This document shows positions 7,342 through 14,584 of a DNA stretch of 14,584 bases, in pieces; position 1 is the first letter of the stretch; every line of letters starts with the position of its first letter. The notes beneath the pieces were generated by a model. The model did no database searches. It was not told the origin of the DNA and saw only the letters and a list, made by a program, of their open reading frames with translations. Origin of the DNA: Campylobacterota bacterium (lineage in GTDB: Bacteria > Campylobacterota > Campylobacteria > Campylobacterales > Sulfurimonadaceae); NCBI GenBank assembly GCA_034661055.1, contig JAYEKO010000051.1, positions 1 through 14,584 of the forward strand, written 5' to 3'. The position numbers and the translations under genes were made by a program.

Positions 7342-9822
7342 CTGCAAACGCTACCCATTCATCAGGTAATTCCTGAAATACTAAACACTTTACATGTAAA
7401 TAATAGAGTAGTCCTACAAGCACCTCCTGGAGCTGGTAAAACTACCGCTGTACCTCTTGCCTTGCTTGATGAGCCTTGGTTACAAGAGAAGCAGATTATT
7501 ATGTTAGAGCCACGTCGTTTAGCCACTCGCAGTGCAGCTTCTCGTATGGCAGAGTTACTAGAAGAAGAGGTGGGAGAGACGGTAGGATATCAGATTAAAG
7601 CTGACCGATGCATCAGTAAAAAAACTAAGATTATCATTGTGACAGAGGGAATTTTAACGCGTATGCTCCAAAGTGATAACGCTTTAGAAAATGTTGCCCT
7701 TATTATTTTTGATGAGTTTCATGAGAGAAACTTACATGGCGATTTGGCCCTAGCACTTAGTCTGCAATCTCAAGAACTACTACGTGATAATTTAAAAATT
7801 ATGATTATGTCTGCAACACTCAACACTAAGGCCATTTCCAAACTGCTTGGTGATGCAGCAATTATTAGCAGTGAAGGTCGTAGTTTTCCTGTTGAAAATA
7901 TCTACTTGGACTCCAAGACTCTTCATCCAACACCAAAGCAATTAAGCGGTACTATTAGTAAAATAGTTAAAAATATTATTTCAAATGAACAGGGAAGTAT
8001 TTTAGTTTTCCTACCTGGAGTCAAAGAGATTAAAAGCCTTGAAGCAAAACTCCTAGAAACTCTTCAAAACAGAAATATTACAATTGCTCCACTCTATGCA
8101 AATCTAAAAAAACAAGAGCAAGATAGAGCCATTAGCACTTCTAAGAGTGGTCATCGAAAGATTGTATTGGCAACTAATATTGCAGAGACAAGTTTAACCA
8201 TAGAAGGCATTAAGTTTGTAATAGACTCAGGGTTGCAGAGAGTCTCCATCTTTAACAGCGGCACGGGAATGAATAGACTTCAGACAACTACTATTTCCCA
8301 AGACTCAGCAACACAACGAAGTGGACGAGCAGGACGGCTAAGTCAAGGAAAATGCTACCGCATTTGGCATGAGCATCTTCTCCTTGCACAACATAGCAGA
8401 CCTGAAATCCTCACAAGTGACTTAACCTCTATGATGCTTGAACTTGCAAACTGGGGTATTAGTGAACTCGATGAGCTACACTGGCTTGACCTGCCTGCCA
8501 CTTCTGCAGTCGAGCATGCACGAAAACTTTTGAATAATTTGGGAGCACTCAAAGGCATAAGCATTACCCAACACGGAAAAGCTATGCTAGAGTTTGGCAC
8601 CCACCCACGTCTTGCTCATATGATTCTTAAAGCTAATGAGATGGGTTATGGTGAGAGAGCCTGCCTCATTGCAGCACTGCTTAGTGAGAAAGATATTTTT
8701 ACAGGTTCACATAAGTTTGATGCTGATTTATCAGCACGTGTGAGTGCTTTAGAAGAGCAACCCAAACATTACTTACACATAAATGTCATTCAAACAGCGA
8801 CACTATTACGAAAAAAATTACCTAATAAAAGCTCAAATAAAACAGCCTCATCTGATAGTATTGGACTACTATTGGCATTTGCTTACCCTGACCGTATCGC
8901 ATCACGACGAAATCCTAAAAGCAACCGCTACCTTTTAAGTGGTGGTAAAGGTGCCTTTTTAAATGAAGAAGATACACTTTTTAATGAGTCCTATCTTGTC
9001 ATTTCAGACTTAGATGCCAAAGAGGTAAATGCACGTATTTACAGTGCAGCTTCAATTAGCAAAGCACTGATACAAAAGTACTTTAGTGAACTCATTGTTA
9101 ATGAACGACTTACAAAGTGGAATGAAGAGCTAGAGCGTGTTGAAGCAAGAGAAATTACAAAACTTGGCGCTATTATTTTAGATGAAAAGTCTATTACTGA
9201 CATTCAAAGCAGAGATATTTCTACTGCCCTGCTTAATGCCATTAGAGAAAAAGGCATTCAAGCACTGCATTTAAACCGTGAAAGCCAAGAACTTCGAGAA
9301 CGTACTCTATTTGTCACTCATCATCAAACCAGTGAATTTCCAGACTTAAGTGATGCATGGCTATTGAATAATTTAGAGCATTGGTTGGCTCCGCACCTAG
9401 AGGGGGTAAAAAGCTTTAAAGCAATTGCTAAAGTTAAAATGCACACACTGCTTTTGGGGCTCTTTACATGGGAGCAACAGCGTCTCTTAGATGCACTGGC
9501 ACCACAAAAACTAAAAGTACCCAGTGGCTCCAATATACGACTAAACTACCAAAACCCTAATGCACCTACACTTTCTGTACGATTGCAAGAACTCTTTGGA
9601 ATGAGTGAGACACCAAGACTTCTCAATAACACTATTCCTGTTACCATAGAACTCCTCTCACCTGCATCACGGCCAATGCAGATTACAAAAGACCTACACA
9701 GTTTTTGGGAGAACACTTACAGTGATGTAAAAAAAGAGTTGCGAGGAAAACACAAGAAGCACTACTGGCCAGATGATCCGTTTACAGCCCAAGCTACAAA
9801 CAAAACTAAAAAAAATATGTAA
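7342..9822 (+). CDS. hrpB: ATP-dependent RNA helicase HrpB (826 aa if started at CTG 7342)
   Basis: Motifs APPGAGKTT (upstream of the tracked start at 7462), LEPRRLA, TEGIL, DEFHER, MSAT, FLPG, ATNIAETSLTIEG and QRSGRAGR. HrpB C-terminus VPSGS...LQELFG...ELLSPA.RP.QIT.DL..FW...HYWPDDP. Confidence 0.95.
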   Translation: MQTLPIHQVIPEILNTLHVNNRVVLQAPPGAGKTTAVPLALLDEPWLQEKQIIMLEPRRLATRSAASRMAELLEEEVGETVGYQIKADRCISKKTKIIIVTEGILTRMLQSDNALENVALIIFDEFHERNLHGDLALALSLQSQELLRDNLKIMIMSATLNTKAISKLLGDAAIISSEGRSFPVENIYLDSKTLHPTPKQLSGTISKIVKNIISNEQGSILVFLPGVKEIKSLEAKLLETLQNRNITIAPLYANLKKQEQDRAISTSKSGHRKIVLATNIAETSLTIEGIKFVIDSGLQRVSIFNSGTGMNRLQTTTISQDSATQRSGRAGRLSQGKCYRIWHEHLLLAQHSRPEILTSDLTSMMLELANWGISELDELHWLDLPATSAVEHARKLLNNLGALKGISITQHGKAMLEFGTHPRLAHMILKANEMGYGERACLIAALLSEKDIFTGSHKFDADLSARVSALEEQPKHYLHINVIQTATLLRKKLPNKSSNKTASSDSIGLLLAFAYPDRIASRRNPKSNRYLLSGGKGAFLNEEDTLFNESYLVISDLDAKEVNARIYSAASISKALIQKYFSELIVNERLTKWNEELERVEAREITKLGAIILDEKSITDIQSRDISTALLNAIREKGIQALHLNRESQELRERTLFVTHHQTSEFPDLSDAWLLNNLEHWLAPHLEGVKSFKAIAKVKMHTLLLGLFTWEQQRLLDALAPQKLKVPSGSNIRLNYQNPNAPTLSVRLQELFGMSETPRLLNNTIPVTIELLSPASRPMQITKDLHSFWENTYSDVKKELRGKHKKHYWPDDPFTAQATNKTKKNM

Positions 9823-9824
9823 TA

Positions 9825-10058
9825 CTAACTCTTATTCATCTTTTTAGCCATTCTAACGTACATATCTTCGACTTTAATTCGTGCCCAAGGGGTTTTTCTA
9901 AGAAACTTAAGGCACGACTTAATGGAAGGGTTAGTATAAAAACAGTTAATATCAATTGATTTACTCAGCTTATCCCAACCATATTGCTCAACTAAAGCGA
10001 TCAGGATTTTTTCTAACGTCATTTTGTGAAGTGGATTAGTCGGATGCTGTTCACTCAT
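9825..10058 (-). CDS. VF530 family (DUF2132) small putative DNA-binding protein
   Basis: NPLH..TLEKIL..LVEQYGWD.L...I.INCF..NPSIKSCLKFLRKTPWAR.KVE is the characteristic family pattern. Confidence 0.9.
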   Translation of the reverse strand: MSEQHPTNPLHKMTLEKILIALVEQYGWDKLSKSIDINCFYTNPSIKSCLKFLRKTPWARIKVEDMYVRMAKKMNKS

Positions 10059-10081
10059 TTGCTAGAGCCTTTTTTTGTGTA

Positions 10082-10426
10082 TTATACCGCTACATCATCA
10101 TAAAACATAACGCTTATGCCATACTCTTCATGTGGAACGACATATTTACGGTATTCATGTCCGTTTTTACTGTGAAGAACTGCTGTAAAGCATCCATCTG
10201 TAAGAAGCGCTCTAACTTCACGCTCTCCAATACCTCGCTTACCATATCGTAAAAGCGAATTACCCCATATTCGGTAATTACAACTTCCTACCGATTCAAA
10301 ACATTCGCCATCTTCAGTGTGGTACCTTGTATTTGAACAGGTATAGACCTTAGTATTTTGACCTCGAACAAGTTTCTGCTCCATAGTAACGTAACCATCT
10401 TTACAATAAGGACATTTCCCAAGCAT
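10082..10426 (-). CDS. Small zinc-ribbon protein resembling a stand-alone topoisomerase III C-terminal repeat unit
   Basis: LGKCPYCKDG...YTCSN...CNYRIW...GKRGIGEREVRALLTDG...SKNG. AAAGGAG RBS at 10433-10439, 6 nt before the ATG. Confidence 0.65.
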   Translation of the reverse strand: MLGKCPYCKDGYVTMEQKLVRGQNTKVYTCSNTRYHTEDGECFESVGSCNYRIWGNSLLRYGKRGIGEREVRALLTDGCFTAVLHSKNGHEYRKYVVPHEEYGISVMFYDDVAV

Positions 10427-10452
10427 CTTGTGCTCCTTTGGTAATTTTTCTT

Positions 10453-10458
10453 ATTGTA
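10453..10458 (-). promoter_or_regulatory. Possible -10 element (TACAAT) for the zinc-ribbon/VF530 pair
   Basis: TACAAT on the minus strand, 13 nt upstream of the RBS. Confidence 0.4.
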
Positions 10459-10473
10459 TGAAAAAGTGGAAAA

Positions 10474-10516
10474 TTACATGTAAAATATGGCAATATGCAA
10501 TATTTACATGTAAATA
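10474..10516. repeat. Two TTACATGTAA palindromes 30 bp apart, together forming a longer imperfect inverted repeat
   Basis: TTACATGTAA at 10474-10483 and the perfect 16-bp palindrome TATTTACATGTAAATA at 10501-10516, immediately after the dnaE stop. Confidence 0.75.
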
Positions 10517-10517
10517 C

Positions 10518-13500
10518 CTACATTATGTCAATATATTCAAGCTTCTCAAGCTCTTCTATAATCTTACCGTCCACTCGAATAGCTGACTCTAAAACAACAT
10601 TTTGTAACTTTGAGACAATAATAAGTTTTAATGGTCGCCTACCTGGAAAACGGCGAATAAGCCGATATAACTCTTCTAGCATCTCACTATTTTTATTGAG
10701 ATGAATAGAGAGTATCATTGGTTCAGGTGGCACTTCTGCAACCACTGTTTTAACTTTTTTAGACTCTTTTTTTACCTCTTTTAGGGTAAATATTTTAAGA
10801 ACACTAATGCGTGTAAACATTTCAGTGTGCGTTATTTTTACTTTAAATGCTACAGGTTCATCCAGATTCATCTCTTCTAGCTGTTCTAACTTGTCACTAA
10901 AGAGCATCATCTCAATATTTCCGTGAAAGTCCATAAGGTTTAGAATTCCAAAAGCATTACCTTTTTTTGAGATTTTTTTAGTGATCTCCTCAACTTTACC
11001 AATAAAAATAGCTGTAGAACCATCACCAATATTCTCAATATCACTTGAGAGTGTATACTTTAGAGCATCAATAGCCTCTCGGTAATCATCAAGTGGATGA
11101 CCAGATACATAAAACCCAAGTGTCTCTTTTTCAAACTCCAAAATCTCTTTTAGTCCATACTCCTGAGAATTTTTTAACTCTAATGCAACTGTTGTTACTT
11201 CAGCATCATCACCAAAAAGACTTCCCACTGCACTCTTTCTTGCACTTGAAGCATTTTTTGCTGTCTCAATTATGGTCTCAACCTGTTCTAAAATAGCATG
11301 TCTTGAGAATGGAAACGTATCAAAACCACCTGACTTACAGATACTCTCAAGGACACGTTTATTGACTTTTTGCGGCTCAATACGATTTACAAAATCTTGC
11401 ATAGAGTCAAATTCACCCTCTTCACGTACCTCTAAAATAGACTCAACAGCAGCACCTCCAACACCTTTAATAGCACCTAATCCAAATAAAATAGAACTCT
11501 GTCCACCCTCTACTACCGGAGCAAATTCCAGATGTGACTTATTAATGTCTGGAGGAGAAAGTGTAATACCCATACGCTTAACCTCATCAATATATTTGAC
11601 AATTTTATCGGTATTGTCACGTTCAGAAGTCAATAGTGCTGACATAAACTCTTCAGGGTAATATACCTTTAACCATGCGGTTTGAAACGTAACCATGGCA
11701 TAAGCTGCCGAGTGGGACTTGTTAAAACCGTAGCCTGCAAATTTCTCAATAAGATCAAACAGTTGTGAAGCCGTTGCATAATCATAACCCTGCCCTTTTG
11801 CCCCTTCAGAAAATTCAGCATTATAAACAGCCATATCTTTTTTCTTACCCATGGCTCGACGGATAATATCTGAGTAGCCAAGTGAAAAACCACCAATAGT
11901 CTGAACAATCTGCATAACCTGCTCTTGATAAACAATGACCCCATAAGTAGGCTTTAAAATGCTCTCCATAGAGTCAAAGGTGTATTCAATTGCTTCACGA
12001 CCATGTTTACGTTCAATAAAACTATCAAGCATCCCCGACTCCATAGGACCAGGTCTGTAGAGTGCCAAGACTGCAATTAAATCTTCAAAATTATCAGGTT
12101 TAAGACGTTTATTTAGGTCTTGCATTCCCGAACTCTCTATCTGAAACATTCCTACCGTGTCGCCATGTTGAATTGTCTCATAAACTTTTGGGTCATCTTC
12201 ATCTGTTTTGTGCCAGTCAACATCAATATCATGAATTTTTTTAATAAGCTTTGTAGCATTTTGAATAACATCTAAAGTCTTAAGACCAAGAAAGTCAAAC
12301 TTAATAAGGTCAATATCTTCTAAATAGTTTAGCGAGTACTGTGTTACAAAAGGTTGGTCATCACCACTTGGTTTGTAAATTGGAGTCTTATGCCAAAGCT
12401 CTTCATTGGAGATAACAACACCTGCAGCGTGCATTCCGGCATTACGTTTTAACCCCTCCAGTTTTTTTGCAAATTCCCAAACTCGTGCTGCCTGTGCATC
12501 TTGATCAATTAACTCTTGAATTTTTGGTTCTTTTTGAAACGCTCCAGGCTTGAGCTCACCTTTTTTCATCTTACCATTAAGTGTAATGCCTAGTTCATCA
12601 GGAATTAGTTTTGCCATCTTGTCCGCTTGACTTAGTGGCATGTCAAGAACACGGGCAACATCACGAATAACCCCTTTTGCTAGCAGTGAACCAAAAGTAA
12701 TAATCTGTGCTACCTGATTACGTCCATACTTCTCAACAACATAATCAATGATTTCACCACGACGTGCCTGCATAAAGTCCATATCGATATCGGGCATACT
12801 AACACGCTCAGGATTTAAAAAACGCTCAAACAGTAGGTCGTATTTCATTGGGTCAATATCGGTAATTTCTAATGAGTAAGCAACCAAACTCCCTGCAGCA
12901 GATCCTCGACCAGGACCTACGGCAATATCCATCTGTTTTGCAACTTTAACAAAATCCCAAACAATAAGCATGTAGCCCGGAAATTTCATAGAGTTAATAA
13001 TATCCATCTCAAAGTCAAGTCGCTCTTTGTACTCTTGATGACGCTCTTTGGGAACATGAATTAAACGCTCTTCAAGTCCCACTTTACATCGATGAATAAA
13101 GTACTCAATATCATTTTTAGTAGCACCGCTAAACCACTTCTTCTTATCATCCTCAGTCGCATCTTTTGGTAGTGGAGCATCATCTTTATGACTAATGCTG
13201 AGCCCCTCTTGAGCCGCATACTCTTGAGTGAATTTAAAGTCTGGAGGAATCGGATTCCCCAAGTCAAGCTCTACGTTACACTTCTCTACAATCTCCTGTG
13301 TATGAGCAAGTGCTTCGGGAATATCTGCAAAGAGTCGTCCCATCTGCTCAGGAGACTTAATGTAGAACTCATGTACTGAATGTCGCATACGGTTTGGATC
13401 ATCGTAGAGTTTATTCATCCCAATACACATAAACGCTTCATGGTATTGTGCATCATCAGGAAATGTGTAGTGAGTATCGTTAGTAGCAATAATTTTAATA

Positions 13501-14120
13501 CCGGTCTCTTGTGCAATTTTTAAGATGTTGTTGTCAATATAGTGCTGATCAGGAATACCATGACGCATAATTTCTAAATAAAAATCTTCACCAAAAATCT
13601 CCTTATACTCTAAAGCAACTCGTTTTGCCTCATCATACCCACCGGCTCCATTTCTCACATTACGTTCATTTTTAAGGTTTAAATGCCAATTAACCTCACC
13701 CTGAAGACATGCAGAGGTACAGATAATACCCTCAGAATTATTTCGCAACAGCTCTTTGTTGATTCGTGGAAAGTAGTAGAAACCGTCGATATAAGATTGA
13801 GAAGAGAGGTACATAAGATTTTTGTAGCCCACCTCGTTTTTAGCAAAAAGGCATACATGAAAACGCTGTTTTGTACTTTTGTCGTTTAATGTTTCACCAT
13901 TGTGAATGTAGCCTTCCATCCCTAAAATAGGTTTAATTCCTGCCCCTTTCATCTGCTGATAAAAGTCAATGGCACCAAACATATTGCCGTGATCTGTCAT
14001 GGCTACAGAGGTCATGCCAAGCTCTTTAACACGATCAACGAGATTGGAGATTTTGTTGGCACCGTCAAGCAATGAGTACTCTGTGTGTAGATGTAAATGG
14101 GTAAAGGGTTGTACGCTCAT
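10518..14120 (-). CDS. dnaE: DNA polymerase III subunit alpha
   Basis: PHP domain (HLHLHTEYSLLDG, TDHGN, TNDTHY), GPGRGSAAGSLVAY, catalytic SMPDIDMDF, KFDFLGL, GYGFNKSHSAAY, HhH region LGAIKGVG and a C-terminal OB fold. Confidence 0.99.
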   Translation of the reverse strand: MSVQPFTHLHLHTEYSLLDGANKISNLVDRVKELGMTSVAMTDHGNMFGAIDFYQQMKGAGIKPILGMEGYIHNGETLNDKSTKQRFHVCLFAKNEVGYKNLMYLSSQSYIDGFYYFPRINKELLRNNSEGIICTSACLQGEVNWHLNLKNERNVRNGAGGYDEAKRVALEYKEIFGEDFYLEIMRHGIPDQHYIDNNILKIAQETGIKIIATNDTHYTFPDDAQYHEAFMCIGMNKLYDDPNRMRHSVHEFYIKSPEQMGRLFADIPEALAHTQEIVEKCNVELDLGNPIPPDFKFTQEYAAQEGLSISHKDDAPLPKDATEDDKKKWFSGATKNDIEYFIHRCKVGLEERLIHVPKERHQEYKERLDFEMDIINSMKFPGYMLIVWDFVKVAKQMDIAVGPGRGSAAGSLVAYSLEITDIDPMKYDLLFERFLNPERVSMPDIDMDFMQARRGEIIDYVVEKYGRNQVAQIITFGSLLAKGVIRDVARVLDMPLSQADKMAKLIPDELGITLNGKMKKGELKPGAFQKEPKIQELIDQDAQAARVWEFAKKLEGLKRNAGMHAAGVVISNEELWHKTPIYKPSGDDQPFVTQYSLNYLEDIDLIKFDFLGLKTLDVIQNATKLIKKIHDIDVDWHKTDEDDPKVYETIQHGDTVGMFQIESSGMQDLNKRLKPDNFEDLIAVLALYRPGPMESGMLDSFIERKHGREAIEYTFDSMESILKPTYGVIVYQEQVMQIVQTIGGFSLGYSDIIRRAMGKKKDMAVYNAEFSEGAKGQGYDYATASQLFDLIEKFAGYGFNKSHSAAYAMVTFQTAWLKVYYPEEFMSALLTSERDNTDKIVKYIDEVKRMGITLSPPDINKSHLEFAPVVEGGQSSILFGLGAIKGVGGAAVESILEVREEGEFDSMQDFVNRIEPQKVNKRVLESICKSGGFDTFPFSRHAILEQVETIIETAKNASSARKSAVGSLFGDDAEVTTVALELKNSQEYGLKEILEFEKETLGFYVSGHPLDDYREAIDALKYTLSSDIENIGDGSTAIFIGKVEEITKKISKKGNAFGILNLMDFHGNIEMMLFSDKLEQLEEMNLDEPVAFKVKITHTEMFTRISVLKIFTLKEVKKESKKVKTVVAEVPPEPMILSIHLNKNSEMLEELYRLIRRFPGRRPLKLIIVSKLQNVVLESAIRVDGKIIEELEKLEYIDIM

Positions 14121-14147
14121 AAGAAACCTCTATGAATTAATAGTTGA

Positions 14148-14153
14148 ATTATA
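14148..14153 (-). promoter_or_regulatory. Possible -10 element (TATAAT) for dnaE
   Basis: Exact TATAAT on the minus strand, 27 nt upstream of the ATG, with an AGAGG RBS at 14127-14131. Confidence 0.5.
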
Positions 14154-14196
14154 ATCAAGTAGGTTTAGATTGAGCTTTTTAAATTTACATGTATCT

Positions 14197-14222
14197 TGCT
14201 CCCAAGCTCCAGCTTGGTAGCA
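14197..14222. repeat. GC-rich REP-like palindrome
   Basis: TGCT-C-CCAAGCT-CC-AGCTTGG-T-AGCA: 11 complementary pairs around a central CC, with one mismatch. Confidence 0.6.
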
Positions 14223-14256
14223 CAAATCTCGTTACGTCATATACATGAAGCTACAC

Positions 14257-14340
14257 CCAGTTACACCCCTGTGAATGAATCTCCACTTTTAAGGTGTGCC
14301 AGTTACACCCCTGTGAATGAATCTCCACTTTTAAGGTGTG
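14257..14340. repeat. Perfect 42-bp tandem duplication
   Basis: CCAGTTACACCCCTGTGAATGAATCTCCACTTTTAAGGTGTG at 14257-14298 and again at 14299-14340, with no spacer. Confidence 0.95.
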
Positions 14341-14396
14341 AAAACAACCAAGATATAACAAGTACAAGGGCTGAACACCGTTATCATTTAGTCTAA

Positions 14397-14425
14397 TTGA
14401 CTTTTATTGGTAATTACATTATAAT
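14397..14425 (+). promoter_or_regulatory. Sigma70-type promoter of the antitoxin gene
   Basis: TTGACT (14397-14402), a 17-nt spacer and TATAAT (14420-14425), followed by AAAGGAG RBS at 14431-14437. Confidence 0.8.
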
Positions 14426-14428
14426 TAC
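14410..14428. promoter_or_regulatory. Palindromic operator overlapping the -10 element (likely TA autorepression site)
   Basis: GTAATTA-CATTA-TAATTAC, a perfect 7-bp inverted repeat. Confidence 0.65.
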
Positions 14429-14443
14429 TTAAAGGAGTTTATT

Positions 14444-14584
14444 ATGACAACACTTACAAAAATAGGAAACTCACAAGGTATTAGAATTCCTAAACCTTTA
14501 ATTCAGCAAGCACATCTTGAAAATGCTAGTTTAGAGTTAGAAGTTTTAGAAAATGGCTTATTAATAAAACCAGTCAACAATATA
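14444..14584 (+). CDS. AbrB/MazE/SpoVT family antitoxin, N-terminal 47 aa; runs off the right edge
   Basis: MTTLTKIGNSQGIRIPKPLIQQAHLENASLELEVLENGLLIKPVNNI matches the MazE pattern K.GNS..IRIP......L......L.V....LII.P. Confidence 0.9.
   Translation, partial: MTTLTKIGNSQGIRIPKPLIQQAHLENASLELEVLENGLLIKPVNNI

Noticed and set aside
7462..9822. Tracked hrpB start at TTG 7462
   Set aside because: Would omit Walker A. The RBS and family N-terminus point to 7342.
13100..13230. Charged segment in DnaE (GLSISHKDDAPLPKDATEDDKKKWFSG) as an intein or mobile insert
   Set aside because: Too short and has no intein splice motifs. It looks like a variable loop after the PHP domain, and total protein length is ordinary.
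1432..13889. Other short tracked ORFs (1432-1617, 2816-2998, 3330-3578, 3541-3744, 5797-6168, 8355-8600, 9324-9533, 10495-10704, 11093-11296, 11272-11661, 11669-11944, 13061-13267, 13188-13379, 13683-13889)
   Set aside because: All overlap larger well-supported genes in other frames or on the opposite strand and show no recognisable motifs.
14257..14340. CRISPR array
   Set aside because: Only two copies, directly adjacent with no spacer, and no cas genes in the window.
14196..14396. 66-aa ORF with repeated SYTPVNESPLLRC
   Set aside because: TTG start without an RBS. The peptide repeat merely reflects the 42-bp DNA duplication, and the ORF spans repeat elements.

Overview
AT-rich bacterial window, most likely Campylobacterota (Sulfurovum/Sulfurimonas-like, inferred from DnaE character, AAGGA-type RBSs and gene content). 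At the left edge is the 5' part of a minus-strand gene missed by the ORF track, encoding a degenerate ClpA/B D2-like AAA+ domain. Divergent from it is a plus-strand cluster: a secreted 431-aa two-module protein, a 13-bp hairpin, a LolA-like periplasmic protein, two LolE/MacB-type permeases, a LolD-type ATPase, a predicted outer-membrane beta-barrel, and hrpB, which appears to start at a CTG codon at 7342. Converging on hrpB from the minus strand are dnaE, a stand-alone topoisomerase C-terminal-repeat-like zinc-ribbon protein and a VF530-family protein. The right-hand intergenic region holds a REP-like palindrome and a perfect 42-bp tandem duplication. It is followed by a near-consensus sigma70 promoter with an operator palindrome and the start of a MazE/AbrB antitoxin. 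The best candidate for an undescribed system is the Lol-like ABC + chaperone + beta-barrel export module with its possible cargo. The palindrome TACATGTA also recurs six times, near gene starts.
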